From positions 18,228,001 through 18,292,000 of the forward strand of contig OX597816.1 of NCBI GenBank assembly GCA_951406725.2: a stretch of 64,000 nt of DNA. Reading direction: 5' to 3'. The DNA comes from Octopus vulgaris. Lineage: Eukaryota. Positions 41,778-54,974 of this stretch are shown here, in pieces. The position numbers were made by a program, and so were the translations under genes. Position 1 is the first letter of the stretch. Each line of letters begins with the position of its first letter. The notes below the pieces were generated by a model, which saw only the letters and a program-made list of their open reading frames with translations, did no database searches and was not told the origin of the DNA.

Positions 41778-42044
41778 TTGTGTGTGTTTGTGTGTCTGTG
41801 CTTGTCCCCCCAACATCGCTTGACACCCGATGCTGGTGTGTTTATGTCGCCGTTTCTTGGCGGTTCGACAAAAGAGACCGATAGAATAAGTACTGGGCTT
41901 ACAAAACAATAAGTACTGCGCTTACAAAAGAATAAGTACTGGGCTAACAAAAGAATAAGTCCCGGGGTCGAGTTGCTCGATTAAAGGCGGTGCTCCAGCT
42001 TGGTCGCAGTCAAATGACTGAAACAAGTAAAAGAGTAAAAGAGT
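41561..42044 (+). mobile_element. SINE family A, full length, with internal 23-bp triplication
   Basis: Complete head and tail; AATAAGTACTGGGCTTACAAAAC-like unit three times at about 41885-41953. Confidence 0.92.
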
Positions 42045-42906
42045 ATATCATAACAAACTGAGCTATTGATTAGCTGGGCAGCAATAGACTCATTCCGTAC
42101 ATTATGAGTGTTATGACAAGTTTTAACTGTTGTATATATATATATATAACTTTCACATTGTCATTTTTCATTAAAATTCTCCTCTCTAAACATTGCTTCT
42201 TTTAGAGGATATTGTTTCCTCATTTTAAGTAACTTTCAAAATGTACTTCACTATACACATATTATGTGTAGCGACACTCGTTTTATCCTCTTCACATGCA
42301 GGTATTGTAGTCAATTTTAGTTTATACCAAGCTGTTGTATTCAGGTAGTCTCTTATATCTACGTTTGTATCTATGAATGCTGTGGCAGTCTGAGTTTATG
42401 TAGGAATAAGGAAATACATTGTCGGTGATTCAATGCTGAACGATAGGAATAGTTTTGCTTTCAATGCTTAATGCGTGGAGAAACCTACAAATGAGGCCAT
42501 GGGTAAAGTACTAGTGGTTATTATATGTTATTGGTTGCACAGATTGTTTTATGGAGTGCAGATATTAACCGCAATTTCATAGACTACCAGAAATATTTTT
42601 AAGAACATTTGGTTTGGTCTTCTTGCTCTCTCCAATGCTATTGCATGTAAATCTTTTATAAACTTATGCCTGAAGTTTCGACCGCAAGAACATTGATAAT
42701 GGGTCATTCTGTATCAATACTGCAAACGAGGTCAAATTTGTCAGGTTTTATGAAGCCTTTTTGCCAAACGAATTGTGAATACATGCAGAATGTGTTGCTT
42801 GATATGATTGTATGTCCTTGTTTAACAATTCAGTGCGTTTGTAATTCTGTTGTTTCCCATTTAACATAATCATTCTATATTTATCAAATGCGGCCATATA
42901 CGAATA

Positions 42907-43292
42907 TCTCTCTATATATAAACGGCACTTTGTCTGTGCGTTTTCTGTGTGTCTGTTTTCTCGTACCCTCACTCTGACCACGGCTTTCAACCGATTCTGA
43001 TGAAACTTGACACACACATAGCCCAATGTCATAATTCAAAACTAACGCAGCGAAAATTTTGAAAAGTTCCCCCAGTTCTGAAATAGATCGATAAATTCAA
43101 CATGGGGTCGACAATCAGAAACCCAAACCACAGACCGTCTAGGGGACGCAACTCCACCTTTTTTAACTCTCAAAAAAAAAATTTACCATAATTTTTTTTC
43201 CATTTTTTTGCTATTTTTTGGCTATAACTCTCTAAAAATGCTTTATAGTTATTTCCCTTACAAACCTGAGCAACGCCGGGCGATACTGCTAG
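42907..43292 (+). mobile_element. Non-autonomous Helitron
   Basis: A|TC start, CCTGAGCAACGCCGGG hairpin and CTAG|T end. Confidence 0.85.
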
Positions 43293-43428
43293 TTTGAAAT
43301 CTATCACTAAACCCCAGGATTATAATCCTTTAAATTAATGAATAACTGTTATGTCGCAATACTACACAGTGGCTGTGTGAGGTACGCAATCCTTGTCGCC
43401 ACTGTTATGTCACGCGTCCGGATGCCTT

Positions 43429-43531
43429 CTACTCAACTCTGCTCTCCTACTCTCTTTGCTACGACAACTCTGACTACTACTCAACTCTGCTCTCCTACTC
43501 TCTTTGCTCCGACATCTCTGACTACTACTCA
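43429..43531. repeat. 48-bp tandem duplication
   Basis: CTACTCAACTCTGCTCTCCTACTCTCTTTGCT.CGACA.CTCTGACTA present twice. Confidence 0.85.
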
Positions 43532-43723
43532 GTTTCTTTATTAGCCACAAGGGTCAAAATATACAGGGGGACAAACAAAGACAGACAGGACACCACTGAG
43601 GAGACAATACATAGAACGAATATGGTGAGATGATTATACAACAATGGGGTTATGAATGGCTGCATGCACCCCTCATCACATGCATTGCAATTATTCTTTT
43701 TAAACTGTCCGTTTTTATCATTT

Positions 43724-44121
43724 TTAGCAGTATCACCCGGCGTTGCTCGGGTTTGTAAGGGAAATAACTATATAAGAATTTTTAGAGAGTTATAGCCAAA
43801 GAGTAGCAAAAAATGCATTAAAAATGGAAAAAAAAATGATGGTAATTTTTTTTTTAAATCGTTGACTCATCGTAGACATTTTTAGAAAGTTACTTCCCTT
43901 ATATAATAGCGAAAGAAATGCATTAAAATGGAAAAAAATGATGGTAATTTTTTTTCAAATCGTAGACTCATCGTAGACGCGCGCTAATACCCAGAAGGGC
44001 TCGATATGAATCACGACTATAAGATACCCGGTTTTGGTTAAACTGCTCCGCAAAATGTGGGAGTAGTTAGGAATCTAAATCGTAGGAGACAGACACACAA
44101 CTTCACTTTTATATATAAAGA
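43724..44121 (-). mobile_element. Non-autonomous Helitron
   Basis: Same family as 18311-18704, with a mutated CTAG end and an internal duplication. Confidence 0.85.
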
Positions 44122-44679
44122 TTACATAACACTTAATTATCGTCTACCATTACAATTATTCGAACCGTTATATGTTCCCTAAAATTGTTCTTCTATTTTC
44201 CGATATTATTCAACATAACATAAATCAGTTACTCTTTCATTTTACTTTTCTTCTCTTTTTTCTTTTTTCTTTTTCTTTTAATTTTTCCTGTCGATTTGAC
44301 ATAATTATTTACTTTTTAGTAATATTTCATTAGTGGTTCAATTTCTACTAAATCCACTACTGGTGGCAATTCTTTGAATTCCACTCTTACTCCCAGTGGG
44401 TCAATATTATCTCAATACATTTCTTACAGTCTCTTATAACTTTCCTCTTCAATCACTATCGCCTTCATATCCTCTGCATATATGTATGCTAGTACCTTTA
44501 GTCTTACTATTTGTTTGGACGTGTGTATTTTCTTCTTTGCTTCTATATTCTTCGGGTGCTCAACTCTGCTCTCCTCGACGTCAAGACTTCTCCCTCTATG
44601 TCTACGTATTGGGCTAGTCTACTTCATCGCCCGGGGGCGTCCACACAACAGTAACCGAAAGGCAGAAGGTTACAGAACA

Positions 44680-44909
44680 AGCGGCGAGCTTGCAGAAACG
44701 TTAGCACGCCGGGCGAAGGCTTATCGGTATTTCGTCTGCTGCTACGTTCTGAGTTCAAATTCCGCCGAGGTCGACTTTGCCTTTCATCCTTTCGGGGTCG
44801 ATTAAATAAGTACCAGTTACACACTGGGGTCGATATAATCGACTTAATCCGTTTGTCTGCCCTTGTTTGTCCTCTCTGTGTTTAGCCCCCTGTGGGTAGT
44901 AAAGAAATA
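44680..44909 (+). mobile_element. SINE family C (young subfamily) with TSD
   Basis: TSD AGG[T/C]TACAGAACAAG at 44667-44681 and 44909-44923. Confidence 0.9.
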
Positions 44910-46369
44910 GGCTACAGAACAAGATTAATATGACTACTATACTAATACTCCGTTGGGTGTAAGAAGGTAAATCGTAACATTCTCATAATTCGAAATTTTA
45001 AATCTGCGATATGATAATTTCTAATCATTTGACTACAACAAATCATGTCACATCGCATTCCAGTACAGAGCATGAAACGAACTGCGATAGATAAACATCA
45101 GATCATAAAGACGTGTATAAAATTCCATGAACAATCTAGAATATTGGATATGAAAGGTTTATTAATAGGAAAAAGAAAGACAGAAACCAACACAGGAATA
45201 CAGCTTCCACTGGATATGTTATGATTAGACTTTCGAAATATAATATGATACAATGCTAGCTTTCGAAACGTCAAGATTCATTGCGTTCTTTTTAAGCATT
45301 AAGTTATTACATTATTTGTCATAACGCCTCCCTTCCGACTTGTCGTCTTTCCACATCCTTGCCTTCTTCCGATCTATATGTGTGTATGTTTGTGCTTTCT
45401 ACTCATTCTGTCTGAATCTTCCATGCGTTATCATGTACCTCCTTGCGTCAATATAATCTTTCATTTAATCAGGATACCCTTGGCTTGAAGAGTAGCCTGC
45501 GCTATATAATTTAAATTTTAAATTAAGGCGCTGAGACGGTAAGGACAAAGATCAACAGTAAAGGATAGGCGTCGGTTTATTTCCTTTTATTCGTAAGTAG
45601 AAGTTGTTATCGAAGAAGTGATTATTATCCAGTATAAATGAGAGAGGGAGGGTACACAGAGAACAGATCCATGACCCCTCCGTTAGAAACGTAACCTGTA
45701 GGGAACATTCTGAAAAATGTAGAAAATGAAGATTCAAAATAATCCCTTTATTCAAATTGTGTACAGAAAATGAGCGTTTTCGTAAGAACAAGGAAGAATA
45801 ATTTATTCGAAAATATCAGCCAAACCTGAACAAAAATATTACAATAACCACCAGAACTACCGTCTCGACAATACACAGAAAGGCACCAACCAAACACTGA
45901 TTGAATAAGGAAAAGTACATATGAAGTTAATTGAAGAGAACTATTTTGAGCTCAAGAGCTGTGACCACACAGTGGCACCACCATTTGATTTTGCGAGATA
46001 AAATGTGTTGCTTCGCTAATTCTTTTAGAAGATGACATTTGATGCATGACAAACTCTGACGCCTCTGCCTTCACTTGCACTTCCTGCTCTGAAGTTAAAT
46101 TCATCTGGGACCCTTCAAAGTAAGAGATCTGATCCTCTTTTTTAATGACACTTATATCCACAGGATACGAGTGTACACTCTTGTTTGTACTATCTTATAT
46201 ACGCATGTGCATATATGAGTGGAAGTATCTACGGGTGCGTGCATATGTGTGCGCAGATATGTATGTATATTTACATAAGAAAATAACGATGTCAGTTTGT
46301 GTGGATGTCCAACCTCTCACGTGTGTATGTATGAAGGTATATGCAGGTACACACATATCTGCGTATATA

Positions 46370-46383
46370 TGTGTGGGTATATG

Positions 46384-46466
<83 letters not shown>

Positions 46467-46682
46467 TTATATATATATGTATATATATATATGTGTGTAT
46501 GTGTGTGTATGCCCGTGAGTACGGATGTGTATGTATATATATATGTGCGTATATATATATACATAAATATATATATATGTATGTGTATAAATGTTCGTGT
46601 ATTTGTGTGTGGATATGTGTGTGTATGTGTATATGTGTATTTATATGTATATATGTGTATATTCGTGTATGTATATGTGTAT
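46370..46682. repeat. (TA)n/(TG)n compound microsatellite
   Basis: Low-complexity repeats. Confidence 0.9.
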
Positions 46683-47138
46683 TATATAATGAGTTAGACA
46701 AAGAACACGTTGCCTTCATTTCCACTTAGAAAGCTACTTCCTAACTTGCACTTAGAAGCTATATCCTTAACTTCTTGGAGATTTTAGGTAAAAATATACT
46801 AATGTGTCCATCTGTTTTAATTTAATTAAATTTTATGTCTTTGTGCAGCTGAGGATTGCTCTGCATTTAAACTGATGTAATGGTTGCATTGTTCAATTAA
46901 ATAGAGTTGCGTAAAACAATCGTACTGCATTACCTCTCGAAATATGCTCATTGCTTATTTTGATATATATATATACATATATACATGCGCACACACATAT
47001 ATACATATATATATATATAACGGGAAGCTTTATGAAAATAAACAAAAGACGAAGGCAGAAAGATACACAGAAAAGAAACACGGAGAGAAACGAGGAGAGA
47101 AAAATATGCGTGCAGAAGCTAGCGAATCAACATGGCGA

Positions 47139-47282
<144 letters not shown>

Positions 47283-48242
47283 CGAGAAAAACAGAGGAGG
47301 AGAGATAGTGGGAGAGAGGGAGAGAAAGCATGAGAGGTTACGAGTCGAAAATATAATAAAATGGAGACATGGACAAAAATCTTTATATCTCTAAAAATGT
47401 CTTCTAGTCTTAAAGTGACACGTTTATACACATTGTTCACATAAAAAGAGATAAACCAGCATGCTTAAATAGAAACTACCATGTATCGATAAAAAAAACT
47501 CTTATTCTATCACCTACCAACACTGTCACCGATGTTCATATTCCCATAGCAGTTCAAAGATTGCTCTTCAAGAATTTAATGTCTTTGCTTTATATTCCTT
47601 AGTAATGTACCAATGTATTTTGATTTTTTTTTAATATACTTGATATTTTTGTTGTTTTTTTTTGCAAATAATGTTTTGAAATAACTAAAACACTGTTGTG
47701 TCACTATTATTTAAACAAAGAACTGTGTGTGTTCATCATTTTATGTATATGCGTGTTTTGCTAAGAGTGGATAAGAGTGTCTTCTATATACAAATATACA
47801 TGTATGCATACACACACAACAAGCAGTCATATGTATATGTGTGTGTATGTAGAATCATATATGTGTACTTTCATATAGTTTTACTTGCATATCTATGCGG
47901 GTATATAGAATTTGTGTATAAATATTTAGTTTTTTTATACACAAACACACACACACATATATACATTTGTATATAACTATATATATTGAACATTATGAAT
48001 TTATATAAGGATATATATATATATACTCATATCAATATAAAATATATTGATATTACACACACGCAAAAATCATATATATATGTATATACATACATACATA
48101 CACATGTGTATAAACACGCACATATATAAATAAATAGCACGCATATATATATAAATAACACACACATGTATAAAGAAATAACACACACATAAAATGTAAG
48201 ACATATATATGTATATATATATATATGTGTGTGTGTATGTAT

Positions 48243-48292
<50 letters not shown>

Positions 48293-48846
48293 GGAAAGAA
48301 GCTGATAAATCGTTGCTTCACATCAAGCCACGAATATGATGCTAATGAAAATTCTGGACACATTGCTATCAGCAGCCAACAATAAAGAACATATGGACAT
48401 TAATGTCACTTAGTTGGATTAAACGGGTGGCAGCCGAAGAAAACAGCAAACTTGATATCTTGCCAAATTAATTCTGCATCCGTTACAACAAGGTTCCTCG
48501 AAATATTTACATACGCTAGAAAGGTTCTTTGACTTTCAGACTGACACATTTCCATGCGATGCTGCTTAATGGAGGAGTTATTCCTTGGCCGATTATTCTT
48601 TTGAAATATAATCGATAGTCGTTTTAGTATGTTTTCTTCGTATACACACAGACACACACACACACACACACACACATGTACGTACACACACACACATGCA
48701 CAGATGAATACGCATATGTGCACACACAGTTTCCATATCAGTACAACAGTGAAGCGAGATGTATCGATTTTACTGAATGAGGATATATGCAAATCAATAT
48801 TATCGATACGAATGTTTGGTTTTATATAATTTAGATTACCTCCATG

Positions 48847-48890
<44 letters not shown>

Positions 48891-48946
48891 TTATATATAT
48901 ATATATACATATATATATATGTACATATATAAACATATATATATAT

Positions 48947-48994
<48 letters not shown>

Positions 48995-49161
48995 CTAACG
49001 TATAAATACGCATGTATGTGTGGATGTGTGTATGTGCGTATATGTGTATGTCTGGGCATCAGCACATGTCTGTATTTCTATATATCTATCTATAAGTATT
49101 GAATATTTACAGGTATTTGTGTATGTGCATATATATCTATATACCGACACATTCATATATC

Positions 49162-49209
<48 letters not shown>

Positions 49210-49817
49210 GATGTGTGTGTGGATGTGGGTGTTTTTTATGTGTGTGTGTGTTTGTGTGTATGTATGTTGCTCGCCGTCTTGAATTCTGCAATGGAAGGCT
49301 GAGATATATCCCAAAGAAAACACAAACACGTCGTTACATAAACACGTACTTATCAATCTTTGTCTTTTGTTGTGTGTATCTCCACGCACACACAAACACA
49401 TCTGCATCTATGTGTGTCTCTTTGTGTGTGTTCTAATTTTTGTGCAAATGAGCAGTTTACGCCGTTGAACATTCTCTTCAGAAATTTTCGATTTGCGCAA
49501 CAAAGATTTATACAATTTCCATATGTATTTCACCCAGCAGCTTTCACTCTTACTATTAACAGTGCTTGGTAATGTCTCAGTACCCACCCTGTCTTATATA
49601 TGTAATCAGTATATCAGTCTAATAATACCCGCTGTAACCGTACAGTTATGAATCATTCGTTCATTTTAAATCTCTGGCTTTGGCGTATCTACCTCTCTAT
49701 TAACCATAAGGAAAATTATTTGCTCTTGTATGATGTTCACCTCTAAATTCAAGCCAGCTAGGACAACATAGATTTAGTTGTAGATCCAGAATCCCTTATC
49801 TTCTTGAGATATATCGT

Positions 49818-49985
49818 TGCTGTGTGGTAAGTAGCTTGCATACGAACTACATGGTTCCGGGTTCAGTCCCACGGCGGGGGACACCTTGGGCAGGTGTCTT
49901 GTACTATAACTTCGGACCGCCCAACGCCTTGTGAGTGGATTTGTTAGACGGAAACTGAAAGACGCCCTTCGTATATATGTATATG

Positions 49986-50070
<85 letters not shown>

Positions 50071-50089
50071 GCATATATATATATGTATG

Positions 50090-50120
<31 letters not shown>

Positions 50121-50244
50121 ATATATGATTGATTGATTGATTCTAGTTTCAGATTATGAGCTGTGGCCATGCTGGGGCACCGCCATTTGGTGTTGCTACT
50201 TGGTTTTACTTCACGAAAGCTTTTTAGCAACTGCCATTTGGTGC

Positions 50245-50304
<60 letters not shown>

Positions 50305-50524
50305 GTGTGTGTGTGTGTGTGTATATGTTTGTGTTTCTCCCTCTAACTTCGCTTGACAAGAGGTGCTGGTGTGTTTACGTCCCCGTAACTTAGCGGTTCG
50401 GCAAAAGAGACCAATAGTACTAGGCTTACAAAGAATAAGTCCTGGGGGCGATTTTCTCGACTAAAGGTGGTGCTCCAGCATGGTCACAGTCAAATGACTG
50501 AAACAAGTAAGAGAGTAAAAGAGT
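49818..50524 (+). mobile_element. SINE family A with an antisense insertion in its (TA)n
   Basis: 5' half at 49818-49972, 3' half at 50303-50524. Confidence 0.88.
50127..50245 (-). mobile_element. Short 3' end of a retroposon sharing the SINE A tail
   Basis: Minus strand reads GGCGGTGCCCCAGCATGGCCACAGCTCATAATCTGAAACTAG then (AATC)n. The upstream 60 bp is unlike SINE A. Confidence 0.65.
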
Positions 50525-50699
50525 ATCGTATTATTTTTGTCCTATCTAACGCAATATACACTTCATACTTCAGATACCACCGTCCATTAGATGGCTCCAG
50601 ACGTCTTTCTTGAATTATAATTCTCACAACATACAAGGCCGCTTTGTCTTGGGACAATATCGGAAGAACAGCGTACCATTTCCTTATTGTTCGGGTGCG

Positions 50700-51225
50700 A
50701 GACTACTTACTCCCAAAACAACCGAATTGAGCAGTCATTTCTGTTGTTCTAAAATAAGGATCTTGCCTTGAGATTGCTTATATTTCTGAATTAGGATTTC
50801 TTAATTCCCTTGCAGAAATAATTAGGATACATGCCCAGTATTGTTTCTCGTTCCATTGATAATTGTGCAATGCAGCTTTATTCATATCATTAAGATGACA
50901 GAGAACTAAATAATGTCATGGAAAATGAAATACTGCCACGATATGAACTAACGTCATATAACGTCGGTCTGTTGTAAGTTAGAAGCCTCCAGTTAATACT
51001 TTTCACGGATGAAAGGACATGACATTTGGATATCAAAGTGACTTTATCTGGGTGCATCCATTGAACACGTTTCTGTTCACAATAGATTTCTTCCGTAAAA
51101 TCTTGTGGATAAAGCTCATATGCATCGGATTCTCAGCCTCGTTGCTTCTATCAATACGTTGAATAACTTCTGGACTAGATATTCCATTCCATTTCATTAT
51201 GTGAAGGGTTTGGAGAACACTCAAA
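50700..51225 (-). pseudogene. Possible ancient LINE reverse transcriptase remnant
   Basis: Broken minus-strand frames give NGISSPEVI (cf. DGIPPEVL) and DVSSYRGSISFS (cf. DCxNYRGISLLS) in the expected order. Confidence 0.35.
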
Positions 51226-51258
51226 GGTGGTATCTCCTGCGGAGAAGAGAACGTCTCT

Positions 51259-51665
51259 CTCTTTACTCTTTTTTACTCTTTTACTTGTTTTAGTCATTTG
51301 ACTGCGGCCATGCTGGAGCACCACCTTTAGTCGAGAAAATCGACCCCGGGACTTATTCTTTGTAAGCCCAGTACTTATTCTATCGGTCTCTTTTGCCGAA
51401 CCGCTAAGTTACGGGGACGTAAACACACCAGCATCGGTTGTCAAGCGATGCTAGGGGGACAAACACAGACACACAAACACACAAAAACATATACATACAT
51501 ACGACAGGCTTCTTTCAGTTTCCGTCTACCAAATCCACTCACAGGGCATTGGTCGGCCCGGGGCTATAGCAGAAGACACTTGGCCAAGATGCCACACAGT
51601 GGGACTGAACCCGGAACCATGTGGTTGGTAGACAAGCTACTTACCACACAGCCACTCCTGCGTCT
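51259..51665 (-). mobile_element. SINE family A, full length, short microsatellite
   Basis: Complete head and (TAAAAGAG)n tail. Confidence 0.92.
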
Positions 51666-52075
51666 GTGATGGAATAACAAACAAGTTAACGTTGTATATG
51701 AAGATGAGTGTGCAAAAGAAAATCGTACTCTGGAGCACCCAATATTGATTGTATGTTGACCACTTAGAACACCATGACCAATCACTCCATGACCAATCAG
51801 CTCTCTGTGCTGTACGTATAAAACTTGAGAGACTGGGAAATCAGCAGACGAAAACTTCACTGACAGCAAGCGCAACTGCACAATTTTCGTCACATTTCCT
51901 TAAAATGACAGGGTGATATTCAAGGAAAATAAACAGACTTTAAACCCTCTGTATTTCGACTGATCATGTGTGAAGCAGGAGCAGCAGCAGGAGAAGTGGT
52001 AAGAATATGTTACAATGACAGTAGTAGTAGTAGTAGTAGTAGCATCAGCTACTACTAATGGTGATGGTGATGTTG

Positions 52076-52232
52076 CGTCCCCGTAACTTAGCGGTTCGGT
52101 GGAAGAGACCGATAGAATAAGAACCAGATGTAAAAAATAAGTCCAGGGATCAATTCATTTGACTAAAAATTGAAGGTGGTGCCCCAGCATGGCCGTAGTC
52201 TAACGACTGAAACAAATAAAAGAAAAAGAAAA
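52076..52232 (+). mobile_element. SINE family A, 3' part
   Basis: CGTCCCCGTAACTTAGCGGTTCGG through GACTGAAACAAATAAAAG. Confidence 0.85.
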
Positions 52233-53039
52233 AATATATATATGCGCACTGTATTTATATTTCAGCATATCTATACACATGTGTGTTTGCGTTTAGACAC
52301 CCATATACACATATACATGAATAAATATATACGTATATATTCTTAAATATATATATATATATAAATAACACACACACACACACACACACACATATATTTA
52401 TATCTTTCTGTATGTGTGTATGCATGTATATATGTATATATATATATGTATGCATGAAGTGGTAGAATTGTTGAAGGTAATTCTTTGATGTGTTCAACTG
52501 TTTCCTTTTTTTTTCACACTCTATTTCCAGTGGTGTCAACTTCAACTTTCATCCTTCTCAACGGAGAGAAAAATACTTTCGATTTTTCCGAGAGTGATTT
52601 ATTGAACTAAACAGATCCACTGCAATTCTTTGGCCCTCTGACAACGTAACGTACGCCTGCGTTTATTGAAGCGTGACATCAGCCAAGCGTGTATGGCATC
52701 AACATTTCCTATTTCCTCTATGATATTCGACGCACCCTTTAACATCTTAAATTTTGTATGGATGTTCTATGCAACGGGGACCAGAATTTTACAGGTTTGG
52801 AACTACTGTAGCCAACGGAGAAATAAAAGCCCCCTTCTCTTGTTTTGCTAAACACCGCTGCCAGTTTTCCCTCTGATCAGATTTCTGTTGGTTTAGAAGG
52901 AAAGGGATACATTTGATAGTATAGGATCAAAGAAACTCTGCTATAAAGATCAGGGCAGTGTCTCGGAATAAATTTTCTTATAGAAATGCCTTATCAGAAC
53001 AGGACTCAAACGAAATGACAGCACTGCCAATACAAGATG

Positions 53040-53473
53040 AAGGCGGTGAGCTGGCAGAAATGTTAGCAGACTGGGCGAAATGCTGAGCGATATTTCGTCT
53101 GCCGTTACGTTCTGAGTTCAAATTCCGCCGAGGTAGACTTTACCTTTCATCCTTTCGGGGTTGATAAATTAAGTACAAGTTACGCACTGGGGTCGATGTA
53201 ATCGACTTAATCCCTTTGTCTGTTCTTGTTTGTCCCCTCTATGTTTAGCCCCTTGTGGGCAATAAAGAAATACTAACTTTAGCACGCCGGGCACAATGCT
53301 TAGTGGTATTTCGCTTCTCTTTACATTCTGAGCTTAAATACCACCGAGGTCCACTTTAGCTTTCATAATTTCAGGGTCGATTAATTAAGTATCAGTTGCG
53401 TACTGGGGTCGGTGTAATGGACTGGCCTGCCTCCCCCAAATTTGCAGGCCTTGTACCTACAGTAGAAAAGAAT
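53040..53473 (+). mobile_element. SINE family C nested dimer
   Basis: Young copy at 53040-53272, followed by an older copy that resumes at TTAGCACGCCGGG. Confidence 0.88.
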
Positions 53474-54040
53474 AATACACAAGGTGGTATCAAAACGTTC
53501 CAGAACTATTTTTGTAGCGCGCCAATGAATGGCAGTACACGATTGTTTGCACAAGGCGAGGTGGCAATGACCATCTTGAGGCAGTGGAACTAGAGATATC
53601 GCTGCGTTTACTTGGCAAGCTGTGAAATTTGAGTCTTTGTAATAACGTGTATCCTGTTGTCTGTGATTTTGTCATGTACAGAGATTTTGAGCAAAATCCA
53701 AATTGAAATTTTGCGTTAATCTTGAGAAGTCTGCTACAGAGGCATGGAGCATGCTTCAGCAAGCTTACAGTGACAAGGCAATGGGTTGCACGCAATGTTT
53801 TGAGGGGCACGGGTGCTTCAATAGCAGAAGAAGGTCACTAGATGACGATGGGCGATTTGGAAAACCTGCCACGAGCGTCACCCTCGGAAATGTGGTATTG
53901 TGACTCAAGAGGCAGTGGACCTAATGATATCAAAGCCAAACCGTCAGGCCCGAGTTCTACAGCGATGTTTTGAAGCGTCCAAGGGAGGAGATTCGGCAAA
54001 AGTGACCGCATCTATGGATCCGGAAGAATTGGATATTTTA

Positions 54041-54336
54041 TTGACCTTTACGCACGTGTATTATCTAAGACCAAGTGTTTCATGATAGCATTACTTACAA
54101 ATAAAAGAATCATTACATCTCAACATAGTTTCCCAATGGATTGTTGCTATTAAATATCTAGATATGGCATTATAGTTATCTGTTCTTATCGGATACGAAA
54201 GCGAAATATGACATCTGTCTTTGGAATCGGAATTATAGGATCAAATGCGGGCGAGAATTCCAATTAAATGCATCGAAATGCAATGCATCCAATTAAATGC
54301 ACTTGGTCTTAGATAATACTCGTGCTTAAAAGTCAG
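54041..54336. mobile_element. MITE with ~36-bp TIRs
   Basis: TGACCTTTACGCACGTGTATTATCTAAGACCAAGTG / CACTTGGTCTTAGATAATACTCGTGCTTAAAAGTCA; a second copy lies at 59200-59434. Confidence 0.85.
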
Positions 54337-54741
54337 TTAAAAATCTTCAGGCTCCACGAATGCGGTGGCTTTTTCCGGATCTCCTCCCTCGAACACTTGA
54401 AAATTAATTTTTATTGACTTTATCTCCTCGAACACTTGAAAATTAATTTTTATTGACTTTTTACTCATGAATCTCTCGCCAAAAATAACATGGCATTGCT
54501 TCAGTCCCCGCCCTATTCCCCAGATTTAGCGCCTGCGGACTTCCAAAATGCAGATCAATATCACTGTTTTGTCACTGCTGTCCAGATCCAGAGCGAATCG
54601 CAGAAGGTCCTCCCCGCGCTTACGGAAAACGATTTCCAGGCCGGATTCCTAATGTGACAGGAACGCTGGGACCGGTGTATTGCTGAGCAAGGTGATTATT
54701 TCGAAGGAAATTAAACATTAGTCCGCGAACGTTTTAATACC

Positions 54742-54974
54742 TATTTCTTTACTACCCACAAGGGGCTAAACACAGAGCGGACAAACAGGGACATACATAG
54801 GTATTAAGTCGATTACATCGACCCCAGTGCGTAACTGGTACTTAATTTATCGATCCCGAAAGGATGAAAGGCAAAGTCGACCTCGGCGGAATTTGAACTC
54901 AGAACGTTACGGCAGACGAAATACGGCTATGCATTTCGCCCAGCGTGCTAACGTTTCTGCCAGCTCGCCGCCTT
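54742..54974 (-). mobile_element. SINE family C (young) inserted in the mariner right TIR
   Basis: TSD TTTAATACC at 54733-54741 and 54973-54981. Confidence 0.92.

Noticed and set aside
41885-41953. Short regularly spaced repeats suggestive of a CRISPR-like array
   Set aside because: This is a spacer-less tandem triplication inside a eukaryotic SINE.
45952-46161. 69-aa ORF with protein-like composition
   Set aside because: No recognisable domain or supporting splice sites, and the length is within chance expectation.
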